64,000 bases of DNA from Nitrosopumilus sp. (GCA_965238275.1 OZ250186.1:2112001-2176000); one strand, 5' to 3'. Counted from the first letter of the stretch, positions 10,867 to 21,640 are shown. Notes: generated from the sequence alone by a model not told the origin. Made by a program: numbers and translations.

Positions 10867-11163
10867 ATGAATGGAATCGGACTTTTAAGATGCATCTGCG
10901 ATGAGGCGCGTTTTGAGATTCTAACGATGCTTCAGGACGGGGAGTCGTCGGTGGGCGAGCTGGTCTACAAAACTGGAAAGGACCAGCCGCTGGTCTCGCA
11001 CCACCTGAGAACCCTGAAGAGGTGCGGGATTGTCAGGTCAAGGGACGAGGGAAAGAGGGCCATGTACAGCATATCAAGCCCGCAGCTCTCCGCGCTGATT
11101 GCAGATATCACGGCTGCCAGCAAAAAGATTCCGGTGCTGTGTGATGGGACGACGTGCTGCTAG
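10867..11163 (+). CDS. arsR: ArsR/SmtB transcriptional repressor
   Basis: wHTH (QPLVSHHLRTLK), C-terminal CDGTTCC; divergent from arsC. Confidence 0.88.
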   Translation: MNGIGLLRCICDEARFEILTMLQDGESSVGELVYKTGKDQPLVSHHLRTLKRCGIVRSRDEGKRAMYSISSPQLSALIADITAASKKIPVLCDGTTCC

Positions 11164-11810
11164 TCTGCAGGGGACGGCTGGACATTCTTCGGGTCGTACT
11201 CCCCGGTCACGATATAGTTGACTGCCTTGCTCATAAACAGGGCGTGGTCTGCAATCCTTTCAAGATATTTTAGCAAAAGCGCCTCGGCCAGCGCGCAGCG
11301 GGTATCATCGGAGTTAATCAGCATCGGGATCCTCTCCAGGTACAGCTTGTCGACGTACTCTTCGTTCATCTGGATCAGGTTTGCCTTTCCGGTATCAAGC
11401 AGTGCAAAGGACTGCATGGCATCCTTGGTCATCCGGAGCGTCTCGTTTGAGACCTGGTACAGCCATTCTGTCTTGCACGATGAGATGTCGCCAAACTTGT
11501 CGCGTACAAGCGTGATATCATAGGCATAGCGGCCAAACCGGTGGAATGTGTAGGAGATCTCGATTGCAGAACGGATGAATCTGAAATCAGATGCCACCGG
11601 CTGGAACTTTAGAATCGTGTCGAATATCAGGTTTCCCACATCATGATACCTGTCAGTTATGCGTGCCGAGAGATCCCGGACCTGATTGATGGTGTTGGTC
11701 CCCTTGATGTATGAGTCTATTGCAAGCTCAACGCACTGGATTGCAAGATCCCCCATCTCGGACAGCGAGGCGGAGAGCTGCCCAAGGTTTGGATCCATCA
11801 ACCTGGTCAT
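11160..11810 (-). CDS. phoU: Phosphate uptake regulator PhoU
   Basis: QPVASDFR, YLERIADHA motifs; downstream of pstB. Confidence 0.92.
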   Translation of the reverse strand: MTRLMDPNLGQLSASLSEMGDLAIQCVELAIDSYIKGTNTINQVRDLSARITDRYHDVGNLIFDTILKFQPVASDFRFIRSAIEISYTFHRFGRYAYDITLVRDKFGDISSCKTEWLYQVSNETLRMTKDAMQSFALLDTGKANLIQMNEEYVDKLYLERIPMLINSDDTRCALAEALLLKYLERIADHALFMSKAVNYIVTGEYDPKNVQPSPAD

Positions 11811-11843
11811 ACAGGCTTAAGCGTGATTCTGATACTTTAATTA

Positions 11844-12943
11844 TACTGACGCGCAAAAGTTTTTGAGCAGATACCCTAGCCAACCGCAAAGTTTCTAGAT
11901 CAGGCTCCCTTCAGTGAGACATGAACGACACCAAACTGGAAGAACTCGAAAAGGTGTACAAAAAGGAAAAGGACCACAAGGTCCGAGCCAGAATGGTTGT
12001 GGTGCGCATGGTGCGCGTGCGCAACATGACCGTGGAGGAAACTGCTGACATTCAAGGACGTAGCCCAAACTGGGTCCGTAACTGGTTGCGCCGCTTCGAC
12101 GACGGGGGCCTGCAAGGCCTCCGTGATCTTCCACGATGCGGACGGCCCAGAAGGATTCCGCGAGATGTCATCGATGGAATAATTGCAAAGGCATCCTGCT
12201 GTAAAATCACACCCTCGGAGTTGCAGCAGAAGATACGCAAGGACACGGGCGTAAAACTTCACATCACGTACGTCAGGAAAATCATGCACCAGCACAACCT
12301 GTCTCCGAAGGCACCACGAAAGGTCCACGTCAATCGGGCCAACAAGAAGGCCGTGCAGAACTGGAAATATCGCTTCAACAAGCGGGTTTCACGCCTAGAA
12401 AAGGATGGTTTCACCGTATTAATGGAGGACGAGGCAATTTTCATACACGACGTGATAGTCGGCTGCAAATACTGGTCCCCGGTGGGCCGTTCCATAAGCG
12501 TGCCGTATACTGGCAGTCACAAGAGGATCGCAGCGTACGGTTCAATTGCCAAGGACGGCAGGCAGTTCTTCCGGACGTATGAGAAATTTGACGGGCCCAC
12601 GTTTGTCAGATACCTCAAGGATCTGCACAGGCACTTTGGCAAGGTGGTGGTGACCGCAGACAGGGCACCGCAGCACCGCTCAAAACTGGTAAAGGAATTT
12701 CTGCGAAATAACAAGGACGTCAAGATGATCTATTTGCCAAAGGGCTCGCCGTACCTCAACGCGATGGAAGAGTGCTGGCACCAGGGAAAGCGCGTCCTGC
12801 TAGTCTCCGAATATTACAGGACATTCCAAGACATGCACCGGGCAGTTTCGCTGTATTATCGAACCATCAGATTCAAGCTTGACCTTCTCAAATTTACCAG
12901 CCGAAAATATGAGATGCTGTGCAAGGACTTTTGATCGTCAGTA
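11844..12943 (+). mobile_element. IS630-family element (1100 bp)
   Basis: TIRs TACTGACGCGCAAAAGT / TACTGACGATCAAAAGT; TA duplication at 11842-43 and 12944-45. Confidence 0.9.
11921..12934 (+). CDS. IS630 transposase, intact ORF
   Basis: N-terminal HTH, GRPR, MEDEA, ADRAPQH, YLPKGSPYLNAMEECW. Confidence 0.93.
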   Translation: MNDTKLEELEKVYKKEKDHKVRARMVVVRMVRVRNMTVEETADIQGRSPNWVRNWLRRFDDGGLQGLRDLPRCGRPRRIPRDVIDGIIAKASCCKITPSELQQKIRKDTGVKLHITYVRKIMHQHNLSPKAPRKVHVNRANKKAVQNWKYRFNKRVSRLEKDGFTVLMEDEAIFIHDVIVGCKYWSPVGRSISVPYTGSHKRIAAYGSIAKDGRQFFRTYEKFDGPTFVRYLKDLHRHFGKVVVTADRAPQHRSKLVKEFLRNNKDVKMIYLPKGSPYLNAMEECWHQGKRVLLVSEYYRTFQDMHRAVSLYYRTIRFKLDLLKFTSRKYEMLCKDF

Positions 12944-12946
12944 TAG

Positions 12947-13771
12947 CTATCCGAACTGGCCTTCTACGTATCTTGTAGTGAGTTCGTTTTTGGGGTTTTG
13001 GAATATCTGTGCCGTGTCCCCATGCTCAACCAGATCACCCAGATACATGAATGCCGTATAGTCAGAACATCGGATTGCCTGCTGCATGTTGTGGGTTACA
13101 ATGATGATGCAGTACTCTTTTGCCAGCTCCCTTATCATCTCCTCAATCTTCTGTGTCGCGATTGGGTCAAGGGCCGATGCAGGCTCGTCCATCAACAGCA
13201 CCTCGGGCTGTATTGCCAGTGCACGTGCAATGCAGAGTCGCTGCTGCTGGCCGCCGGAGAGGTTCATTGCAGGCTTTTTTAGATCGTCTTTGACCTCGTC
13301 CCATAGATAGGACATCTTCAGGCAGTCCTCCACGATTTCATCAAGAATGGCACGATCCTTTACCCCGTTGAGTTTTACGCCGGAGACGACGTTGTCGTAT
13401 ATGGACATTGTCGGGAACGGGTTGGGTTTTTGAAATACCATGCCGACCTTTCGCCTGTGGTATATCGGATCTATGCTGCCATCATACAGATCAGCCGAGT
13501 CAATCATCACCTTCCCCTCCACCCGGGAACCCGGGGTCATGTCATGCATCCTGTTCAGGCATCTGAGAAACGTCGTCTTGCCGCATCCGGACGGGCCGAT
13601 CAGCGCGGTGACGGAGTTTTCAGGAAACTTCAGACTGATGTCCTTGACTGCAAGGTAGTCGCCATAGTACACATTTACGCCATCGGCAACCATCTTGTAA
13701 CGGATTTCAGGTTTTGCAGAGAGCGGTGCTTGGGGTTCGACATTGCCATCCCGTGATAGTATAGCAGTCAT
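12947..13771 (-). CDS. pstB: Phosphate ABC transporter ATPase
   Basis: [38 protein letters not shown]. Confidence 0.97.
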   Translation of the reverse strand: MTAILSRDGNVEPQAPLSAKPEIRYKMVADGVNVYYGDYLAVKDISLKFPENSVTALIGPSGCGKTTFLRCLNRMHDMTPGSRVEGKVMIDSADLYDGSIDPIYHRRKVGMVFQKPNPFPTMSIYDNVVSGVKLNGVKDRAILDEIVEDCLKMSYLWDEVKDDLKKPAMNLSGGQQQRLCIARALAIQPEVLLMDEPASALDPIATQKIEEMIRELAKEYCIIIVTHNMQQAIRCSDYTAFMYLGDLVEHGDTAQIFQNPKNELTTRYVEGQFG

Positions 13772-14700
13772 CCCTTGTTTGCTCCTGCCACGCTCTTTGG
13801 CAATAAACCTTTACTCCCCCGCCGTCCCTGAAAGTAGTACCTGACGCCTACATGTATTGCAAGGATTATGATCACCAGTACGAGCGCGGCCCCCCAGCCT
13901 GCCAGACGTGCATCCTCGTACGGGAGCAGCGAGAACCGCCATATTCTCAGCGGCAGCGCGTCCATGGGCGCATCCAGGCTTGCGAAGAACTGGCTGCTGC
14001 CCAGAATGGTCATTATGAGGGGGGCAGTCTCGCCGCCAATGCGCGATACGGACAATAATATTCCAGTCAGCATGCCACGTTTTGCAGTCGCAAGCACTAT
14101 TCGAAATGCAATGGTGACCTTTTTCATTCCCAGTGCAACTCCTGCCTCCCTGTATGTCCATGGGACCATCTTGAGCTGCTCCTCGGTGGAGCGTGCAACG
14201 ATCGGGAACATGATCAGCGACAGCGCAAAGGCGCCGGCCCAGATTGAAAAGTGTCCCAAAAGCAGGACGACTGCCAGAAACGCAAACAGGCCAAGAACGA
14301 TGGAGGGAATCTGCATGAACACGTCCAGAAAGAGCCTGATCTGCTTGGTGATTCTGTTGTTTCCCACCTCGGAGAGATAGATTCCGGCACAAACCCCCAG
14401 CGGAATTCCTATGAGGGACGAGAGCCCGATTATTATCAGGGTTCCCTGGATGGCAGGCCCGATGTTGATGGCTCCGGCCCCGATCGCCCCCGGCGTCTGG
14501 GTAAAGAAGTCAAGCGTGAGTGCCGGCGCTCCCCCCACCACAAGCTGCCCCAGTATCCAGAACAGCGGAATAATTGCAATAAACGCACAGCAGGTGATGC
14601 CGCCGATCATGACCTTGTCGACTGTAAGCCTCCTGCCTACGTTTGACTTGAACATCGCACGAATCTCTGCGCGCCGCCGGCTCCTGGGAGTCACGCTCAA
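13768..14700 (-). CDS. pstA: Phosphate ABC transporter permease
   Basis: [24 protein letters not shown]. Confidence 0.93.
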   Translation of the reverse strand: MSVTPRSRRRAEIRAMFKSNVGRRLTVDKVMIGGITCCAFIAIIPLFWILGQLVVGGAPALTLDFFTQTPGAIGAGAINIGPAIQGTLIIIGLSSLIGIPLGVCAGIYLSEVGNNRITKQIRLFLDVFMQIPSIVLGLFAFLAVVLLLGHFSIWAGAFALSLIMFPIVARSTEEQLKMVPWTYREAGVALGMKKVTIAFRIVLATAKRGMLTGILLSVSRIGGETAPLIMTILGSSQFFASLDAPMDALPLRIWRFSLLPYEDARLAGWGAALVLVIIILAIHVGVRYYFQGRRGSKGLLPKSVAGANKG

Positions 14701-15680
14701 TGGACGCTCCCCTCCTGGACCTTTATCATCCTTGTAACGATATAGTGGGCAAACACGCTTACTGCCATTGCAACCAGCAGCAGCACGAGTCCCACCCCGA
14801 TCAGCGCAGGCAGGTGCAGGGACGCGGGGGATGCCTCGATGAACTCGTTGGCAATGATGCTGGACATGGTCTGGCTTGGATGAAAGAGCGACTGCGGTAT
14901 TGCCGAGAATCCGATGGTGTTTCCAATCAGCATGGTGACTGCCATGGTCTCCCCGATGGCACGTCCCAGTCCAAGGATTGAGGCGCCCATCAGCCCGGCC
15001 TTGGAGTACGGGAATACTGCCAGCCGGAACATCTCCCAGGTGGTGGAGCCGAGCATGTATGCTGCCTCCTTTTGCTGGTGCGGGACTGCCATCATCACCT
15101 CCCGGGACACGGCAGATATGGTCGGAATTATCATTATTGCAAGTATGATGCTTGCAGAGAGGACGTCTAGCCCGAACGGCGTTCCCGAGAACAGGAATAT
15201 CGAGTCGCCAAACATGTCATGGAGGGGCTTTTCAATTATGTCCCTAAAGTAGATTCTAAAGATGAACAGTCCCCACAGCCCGTAGACTACGCTTGGCACT
15301 GCCTCAAGCAGCTCGATGAGATACCCCATGGGCTGGCCGATCCGTTTTGGGACTATCATTACAAACATTGCTATGCCGATGCTGAGCGGCAGGGCAATCA
15401 CCATTGCAATCGCAGAGGTTACCAGCGTGCCCACTATGTATGGCAGGGCGCCAAACGACTCCCTCCCCTCCACGGGGTTCCAGTCGGTTCCCCCGATGAA
15501 GCCTGCGACGCCCTCCTCCTCCCAGATCGGTCCGGACTCCCAGCCAAGCTGCAGGACCATGATGGCAATTATGGCAAGCACGTAGATTCCTGCGATGGTC
15601 GTTCCCACCTTGAAGATCTTGTCGGCAAGCGGGGATCTGCCCTCCTTTCTTATCCGGCCTGCAAGATGATCCCTTGGCAT
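14697..15680 (-). CDS. pstC: Phosphate ABC transporter permease
   Basis: PSVVYGLWG, LGRAIGETMAV. Confidence 0.95.
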   Translation of the reverse strand: MPRDHLAGRIRKEGRSPLADKIFKVGTTIAGIYVLAIIAIMVLQLGWESGPIWEEEGVAGFIGGTDWNPVEGRESFGALPYIVGTLVTSAIAMVIALPLSIGIAMFVMIVPKRIGQPMGYLIELLEAVPSVVYGLWGLFIFRIYFRDIIEKPLHDMFGDSIFLFSGTPFGLDVLSASIILAIMIIPTISAVSREVMMAVPHQQKEAAYMLGSTTWEMFRLAVFPYSKAGLMGASILGLGRAIGETMAVTMLIGNTIGFSAIPQSLFHPSQTMSSIIANEFIEASPASLHLPALIGVGLVLLLVAMAVSVFAHYIVTRMIKVQEGSVH

Positions 15681-15984
15681 ACTGTATAGGCAGGATCATA
15701 CTAAATCTCAAATGCGAATATAGTTTATGTTGTCAATAGATCTACATTATGTCTATATAGAACATCAAACATATCAGTATATTCCATAAAATACAAGTCA
15801 TTCCATGGCACTGGTCAAACCCCACACGCAGACTTTGGATCAGCGGCGGCCCCACTCACACACGTCGTCTCGCCCCCAAAGACGCGGGTTGAAGACCAGA
15901 GACTGGGGGGGTCTGCCGGCCGTATTCAGCTGTATTCGGTCTGTACCTGCGATGAAAGAAGGATATAAAAAAAAGCAGTTGCTT

Positions 15985-17223
15985 TTATTCCAGTTTGATG
16001 ATGCCCTGATTTATCAGGTAGGTGATTGCACTGATCAGCTCGTCATCAGATATCAGTCCGTCTCCGTAGAATTTGAATACTTGTTGTACCCATGCAGGAA
16101 TCTTGTCCTCTTCTGGCTCCTGAACTTCAACGCTGACAGGGCCGGCGTATACTGGCTGGCCGTCATAGGTGATATTGGAGAGTCCCTCCAGTCCGATGTT
16201 GGCTACGGGTGCTGCGATTGGCACGTATAGCAGATCATCGTTGAACTCTTGGCCGTCAGTTATGATCCAGGCGACGAGGTTTACAACCTCCACTGCATGA
16301 TCAAGGTCCCTTACTGATCCCTTCAGATCAGGGTGCAGCAGTATGTATGAGAAGCTGGTGATTGGGTACGAGTTATCCCCGGGTGCTGCCAGCAGGTCAA
16401 CACTTCTCCAGCTCTCCTGCGCGGCAGGCAGAGTGGCTGCTGCCCCCTCGGATGCATCAGATGCGCTCTCCAAGGTTGGCAGTACAAAGTTTGTTTCGTC
16501 ACCATTCTCAATGGCTGCAGTTGTAAGATCATTCTGGAAGGCATAGGCAAGGGTGACATAGCCGATTGAGCCTTCTGTCGTGGTTACGATGCCTGCGACT
16601 CCCTCGTTTCCTGGAGAGCCGATGCCGATGGGCCATGGAACGCTCTTGCCTGCACCTACCCGCTCATCCCACTCAGGACAGACCTTGGTAAGATAACTGG
16701 TAAATGCAAACGTCGTGCCGGATCCGTCAGACCTGTGCACTATAATGACATCCTGATCAGGTATCTCCAGGTCGGGATTGGCCTCGGCAATCAGGGGATC
16801 ATTCCAAGATTTAATCTTGCCCAGATGCATGTCACACAGCGCCTCTGGCGTGATCCTGATTCCCGTATCCACTCCCGGAATGTTGTACACCAGGGATATG
16901 GCACCGATCATCACAGGGATCGTAAGTGTATCGGGCGCCCGCTCATATTCGGAATCCCGGAGCGGGACATCAGATGCTGCAAAGTTTACCGTCTTTTGGA
17001 TGTGCTGCGTGACGCCGCCGCCGCTGCCAATTGACTGGTAGTTCATCTGCACGTCGGGGCGTACCTCGGCATACTTTACCCTCCACAAGTCCATCAGGGG
17101 GAACGCAAACGATGCGCCGGCCCCGTCAATTCTTGTCTGGTCTCCCTGTGCATCTGCATGGTATGGCGGAACAGCAGAGATCAAGAGTACTGCGATCAAC
17201 ACCATAGAAGTCGCTTTCTTCAT
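15985..17223 (-). CDS. pstS: Phosphate-binding protein with thaumarchaeal C-terminal IPxW domain
   Basis: Signal peptide, GAGASF, YQSIGSGGG, HRSDGSGTT. Confidence 0.95.
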   Translation of the reverse strand: MKKATSMVLIAVLLISAVPPYHADAQGDQTRIDGAGASFAFPLMDLWRVKYAEVRPDVQMNYQSIGSGGGVTQHIQKTVNFAASDVPLRDSEYERAPDTLTIPVMIGAISLVYNIPGVDTGIRITPEALCDMHLGKIKSWNDPLIAEANPDLEIPDQDVIIVHRSDGSGTTFAFTSYLTKVCPEWDERVGAGKSVPWPIGIGSPGNEGVAGIVTTTEGSIGYVTLAYAFQNDLTTAAIENGDETNFVLPTLESASDASEGAAATLPAAQESWRSVDLLAAPGDNSYPITSFSYILLHPDLKGSVRDLDHAVEVVNLVAWIITDGQEFNDDLLYVPIAAPVANIGLEGLSNITYDGQPVYAGPVSVEVQEPEEDKIPAWVQQVFKFYGDGLISDDELISAITYLINQGIIKLE

Positions 17224-17329
17224 TATTGGGATGGGTGTTATGTGGTATATAGAAATACCAGACATGGATTACGATACTGCCATACATGCTATATAGAGTG
17301 GATGCCGTCCCGGGCTACAGGCCGGTCCG

Positions 17330-18892
17330 TCACGACTCGCAGTTTGCCAGAAGATCATTGCTGCCTACATGTGCATGGCAGTCGTCTGAATCAGAACCGC
17401 CGTTAATTATATCGTCTCCTTCCCCGCCGTCAATCGCATCATCACCAGATTCCCCCTTGATGATATCGTCGCCTGCATTGCCATATATTGCATCATCGCC
17501 AGACCCGCCAAATATGATGTCGGCCCCGTCCCCGCCAAAGATGCAGTCGCTGCCTGATGCCCCGTTGATGTGATCATCGCCGCCCAGTCCGAATATCAGA
17601 TCCCTCTCTTCGGTGCCAATGAGGGCGTCGTCGATGGTGGTTCCGCGAATCATGCTAAATTCAGAGTGTGATTCCCCGCACGCCAGAACCGTGATGTACT
17701 GGTATCCCTCAGACGTGTTCCGGGCGTTGTCAGATGCTATCCACGTAATCTTTGTCACTCCCAGCGGAAACTTGTCTGGGGCGTTGTTCAGGATTGTGTG
17801 TATGCCGCCTTCATCTGTTGCGACTGCCTGGCCAACGGAGATATTGGTATAGAGATCATCTGCATTCACGACCATGTCCGAGGGAAGAGTCAGCACTGGA
17901 CGGATCACGTCTGTTGAGTCCACTTCAGGCTCGTCCGTATCAACTGGCAGCTCCGGAGTCACCGGGGGTGCCACATATGAGGGGGTCGTGTAGGCATGGA
18001 TTGCGTGGTTGAACGAGTCAACTGCATACAGCTCGCCGTTTATGCCTATTGCAACATCAGCATAGCGTGCAGACGATGACTCGGTTATACTGTAGTCTGA
18101 AGGCGATATGGCCGAATCGGAATCAGACTCAAAGTAGTACAGCATCCCCTGGCCGGCATCGGTCACATACAGTCCGCCTGCGCCATCTGCATGAATTCCG
18201 CCGGGCAGAAAGTTGCTGTATTCTGTAAATGACAAAAGGCGCAGATGGCTGCCATCCGAATCAAACACCTCTATCTTTTGGTTTCCCTTGTCAGTCACGT
18301 ATATGGTTCCGTTGCCACCGATATGGATTCCGTTGGGGGTAAGAAACTGGCCTGCACCTGTCCCGCTTGAACCAATGGACAGTACAAACTCGCCGTCTGC
18401 AGTAAACTTTTGCACCCGGTAGTTTCCAGTATCCACCACATATACAGATCCGTTATACGTGGCGATGTCGTCAGGCAGCAGCAGCATGCCGTCGGATCTG
18501 CCGCGCTCGCCCCACTCGGACACGTATGTTCCGTTGTGGGCAAATTTTTGTATACGGTTCAGGTTACGATCGGCGACATAGACAAACGAGTCATCGGATG
18601 CGATGCCTGTTGGATAATGAAACTGGCCGTCTCCGCGTCCGCTGGAGCCCCATTCAAGGACAAACTCCCCGCCTGCGTCAAACTTTTGAATCCGCTTGTT
18701 TCCATAATCACTCACATAGACGTTGCCGGATTCGTCAACGTCAACAAACTGCGGGTGTGAGAACAATCCGGGGTCTGATATTCCAAACGAGCCCCATTCA
18801 TACAGGCTTTCATGCTCAAATGCGTATGAATACTGGACTCCGACAAGTATGACAGCAGACAGTGCCAGTACGGCCAGATGTATCATTGCCAA
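17330..18892 (-). CDS. Secreted NHL-repeat beta-propeller protein with HYR-like domain and RTX-type Ca-binding repeats
   Basis: Repeated G.F..P..I...YV.D.GN.RIQKF; C-terminal GGxGxD nonapeptides. Confidence 0.85.
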   Translation of the reverse strand: MAMIHLAVLALSAVILVGVQYSYAFEHESLYEWGSFGISDPGLFSHPQFVDVDESGNVYVSDYGNKRIQKFDAGGEFVLEWGSSGRGDGQFHYPTGIASDDSFVYVADRNLNRIQKFAHNGTYVSEWGERGRSDGMLLLPDDIATYNGSVYVVDTGNYRVQKFTADGEFVLSIGSSGTGAGQFLTPNGIHIGGNGTIYVTDKGNQKIEVFDSDGSHLRLLSFTEYSNFLPGGIHADGAGGLYVTDAGQGMLYYFESDSDSAISPSDYSITESSSARYADVAIGINGELYAVDSFNHAIHAYTTPSYVAPPVTPELPVDTDEPEVDSTDVIRPVLTLPSDMVVNADDLYTNISVGQAVATDEGGIHTILNNAPDKFPLGVTKITWIASDNARNTSEGYQYITVLACGESHSEFSMIRGTTIDDALIGTEERDLIFGLGGDDHINGASGSDCIFGGDGADIIFGGSGDDAIYGNAGDDIIKGESGDDAIDGGEGDDIINGGSDSDDCHAHVGSNDLLANCES

Positions 18893-18994
18893 TGCCAGAA
18901 TGTTGCCAAGTTTGGCAAATATTGCACATGTAAGAAAACATTGTTGTTTTGGTCAAAATAGATACTGTTGACCTATCGGGACCCCAAATTAAAG

Positions 18995-19780
18995 TCAGAA
19001 CGGCTTGTTTACCTCGCGCGTAAAGACGTAGCTTGTCAGGACGACCATCGCAAGCACGAATACAAGGATTATTCCAAGACTGAGCAGCACCGAAACCCCT
19101 TCCTCTGATACTCCAGTCATCATCTCCCTTACCAGCAGGACAGTATAGGTCACGGGGTTCAGTTTTGCAATTGCAGCCAGCCAGTCAGGGAGAAGCGACA
19201 GCGGGAAGAGGGCCGGACTGAGCATGAACAGGGGCATTCCAAGAAAGTTGATCATTCCCCAGAACGTCTCCTGGGATTTTGCAGTCGCGGCAATCGCCAC
19301 AGAGATTCCAGAGAATCCCAGCGAGAACAGAATCACGATTGCCATGATTGGTATGATCATTATCGGGTTGGGAAACTCTACCCCTATCGCCAGAACGATT
19401 CCCAGGATCAGGCTGGCCTGCAGGGCCGCAATCATGGCTATTGCAGACATCTTTCCGACGGCTATTGCAGAACGCGAGATTGGCGAGGTCAGCGCCTTGT
19501 TCATAAAGCCGTAGCGCCGATCCCACAGCGTGTTGACGCCTCCAAAGATGCTGGTAAAGATGGCAGTGAGGATGATGACGCCGGGGGCCATAAACTCGAT
19601 GTACTCTCCGTCAAACCCGGCTGACTGTAAAAGTGGCTGGGTCTCTGCAAAGGTGTTTCCAATTACCAGAATCCATACTGCGGGCTGGATCAGCCTGATC
19701 AGTACTCCGCTCCGGGACTTTTTGTACCTCTTCATCTCCCGCCAGAATATCGTGTATGTGTCACGAATTATGGTGCTCAT
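18995..19780 (-). CDS. ABC-2 type exporter permease
   Basis: Six TM segments, NPVTY motif. Confidence 0.88.
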   Translation of the reverse strand: MSTIIRDTYTIFWREMKRYKKSRSGVLIRLIQPAVWILVIGNTFAETQPLLQSAGFDGEYIEFMAPGVIILTAIFTSIFGGVNTLWDRRYGFMNKALTSPISRSAIAVGKMSAIAMIAALQASLILGIVLAIGVEFPNPIMIIPIMAIVILFSLGFSGISVAIAATAKSQETFWGMINFLGMPLFMLSPALFPLSLLPDWLAAIAKLNPVTYTVLLVREMMTGVSEEGVSVLLSLGIILVFVLAMVVLTSYVFTREVNKPF

Positions 19781-20796
19781 GGCCGCAGCCTCGTCATCTT
19801 TGCGTGTTCGCGCTGCCGGTTGAACGTGGTATCGTCATCCCGAATCTTGTGGCCCGTGTATGATATGAAGACATCATCAAGGGTGGGCCGGGTAAGCGTA
19901 ATGGATGTAATTTTGATGCCGTGCTCAGAGGCGATTTGAAATATCCTTGGAATTATCTTGGAGCCGTCGGATGTAAAGAGCGTGATTCGTGAATCTTTCC
20001 GGGTAACCTTGGTCAGCAGATCCGTCTTTTCCAGACCGGATATGAGTTCCTGGTGCCCCCCTGAGACGACGATGGACACTATCTCGCTTCCCATTGCATT
20101 CTTCATGTTCTCAGGCTTGTCAATCACCTGGATCTTTCCGCCGTCGATTATCCCAATCCGGTCACACAGCTTATCTGCCTCCTCCATATAGTGGGTGGTG
20201 AGAAATATGGTCATATCGTACTCGTCATGAATCTTTTTTATGTACTCCCAGATCTTCCTGCGGGTCTGGATGTCCAGTCCCACGGTGGGCTCGTCAAGGA
20301 ACAGTACCTTTGGCATGTGCAGCAGGCCGCCGGCAATATCCAGCCGCTTTCGCATCCCGCCAGAGTACGTGGTTACGGCGTCATCCTGCCTGCCTGCAAG
20401 TTCTATGAGATCCAGGACCTGATCAATTCTTGCATTGACCTTGTCCTTGGGGATGTGGTTGAGTCTTGCATGGAGCAGCAGGTTCTCCCGCCCCGTCAGG
20501 TATTCGTCTGCAGTGGTCTCCTGCTGCACGTATCCTATGCTGTACCTGACCTGTTTTGGATTCTTTGTCACATCAAACCCGCAGATGAGGGCCTGTCCTG
20601 ACGTAGGTTTTAGCAGGGTGGTCAGAATCATCATGGTGGTGCTCTTTCCGGCACCGTTGGGGCCCAGAAATCCGAAGATCTCCCCGGTGTTCACTGAAAA
20701 GGAGATGTCATCGACTGCCACAACATCTCCAAACGATTTGGTAAGGGAGCGCGTCTCAATGGAGGGTACGCCTGGTGCATCCTTGGGTGTCGTCAT
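19777..20796 (-). CDS. DrrA-like ABC exporter ATPase
   Basis: GPNGAGKST, YSGGMRKR, LDEPTVGLD. Confidence 0.92.
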   Translation of the reverse strand: MTTPKDAPGVPSIETRSLTKSFGDVVAVDDISFSVNTGEIFGFLGPNGAGKSTTMMILTTLLKPTSGQALICGFDVTKNPKQVRYSIGYVQQETTADEYLTGRENLLLHARLNHIPKDKVNARIDQVLDLIELAGRQDDAVTTYSGGMRKRLDIAGGLLHMPKVLFLDEPTVGLDIQTRRKIWEYIKKIHDEYDMTIFLTTHYMEEADKLCDRIGIIDGGKIQVIDKPENMKNAMGSEIVSIVVSGGHQELISGLEKTDLLTKVTRKDSRITLFTSDGSKIIPRIFQIASEHGIKITSITLTRPTLDDVFISYTGHKIRDDDTTFNRQREHAKMTRLRP

Positions 20797-20973
20797 TCAC
20801 ACCATATGGCATCCAGAGTATCTTATACTCTACGCAGGAATCGCTGCATGTTTCCGGATCCGGGATGTGTTTGGGTATGAGTGTGAACGGTTTGGCAAGT
20901 AATCGTGCCGGGTTTTGGGCGGAACCAGACGATGTCTTCAAAAAAATTTAAAGGGTGACTGACAGGGAATTTT

Positions 20974-21084
20974 GTGAAAGGACTTTGTCAGAAGTGTCAT
21001 AGGTCAAATCTGGAGACAACCATCAACGGGGGGGTTCCCACGTGTGCGGCATGCCTCAAAAGCGGTAAAGAGCCGGCAGGATGA
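20974..21084 (+). CDS. Small CxxC...CxxC zinc-finger protein (36 aa, GTG start)
   Basis: Manual translation VKGLCQKCHRSNLETTINGGVPTCAACLKSGKEPAG; TTTAAA box about 25 bp upstream. Confidence 0.6.
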   Translation: MKGLCQKCHRSNLETTINGGVPTCAACLKSGKEPAG

Positions 21085-21187
21085 TGGGCGCTGCCGTCAG
21101 CGCACAGCCGCCATCAGGTTTGGATCCAAATACGGCATGGGATAACCACACGTGCATGAATCATGATGAGAGGGCTGATGGATGCAG

Positions 21188-21640
21188 TCAGTTCGTCTTC
21201 CTAAAGTGATCCCGGGTCATATTCAGGATGACCTTCTCGCCTATGCCCCAGATCTCGGATTTGGAGAGGATTTTTGAGTGGGCCAGGCCGTATGAGACCT
21301 CGATGGATTCCAGTTCGTTGCTTTCAGGATTCCTGTGCAGGCTTTTTACCTTGCCAATCTTGCGGCGGTCTATGTCAATTACGGGAATTCCGATGCGGAC
21401 GGGGGGCCTGCTCAGAAACAGCGTCTTGTCAGAAAACTTGTCGATATAGTCGGCTGCAAGAAAATAGTCCTTGTGAAATCCCTGATGAATTGTCACGCCT
21501 GAAACTACTAGGGTGTCCGGATTGATGTGAATGTGTTTGACCTTTCCGTATTCTATTCCCTCCCGGTCCATGACCTTCCTGCCGGTAAAGGCGTCTGCGG
21601 TGACCAGATTCTCAGACATTCCGTACATTTTTGCAGCCAT
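21188..21640 (-). CDS. Tandem PRC-barrel domain protein
   Basis: Two G..V.D..G...GKV repeats. Confidence 0.75.
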   Translation of the reverse strand: MAAKMYGMSENLVTADAFTGRKVMDREGIEYGKVKHIHINPDTLVVSGVTIHQGFHKDYFLAADYIDKFSDKTLFLSRPPVRIGIPVIDIDRRKIGKVKSLHRNPESNELESIEVSYGLAHSKILSKSEIWGIGEKVILNMTRDHFRKTN

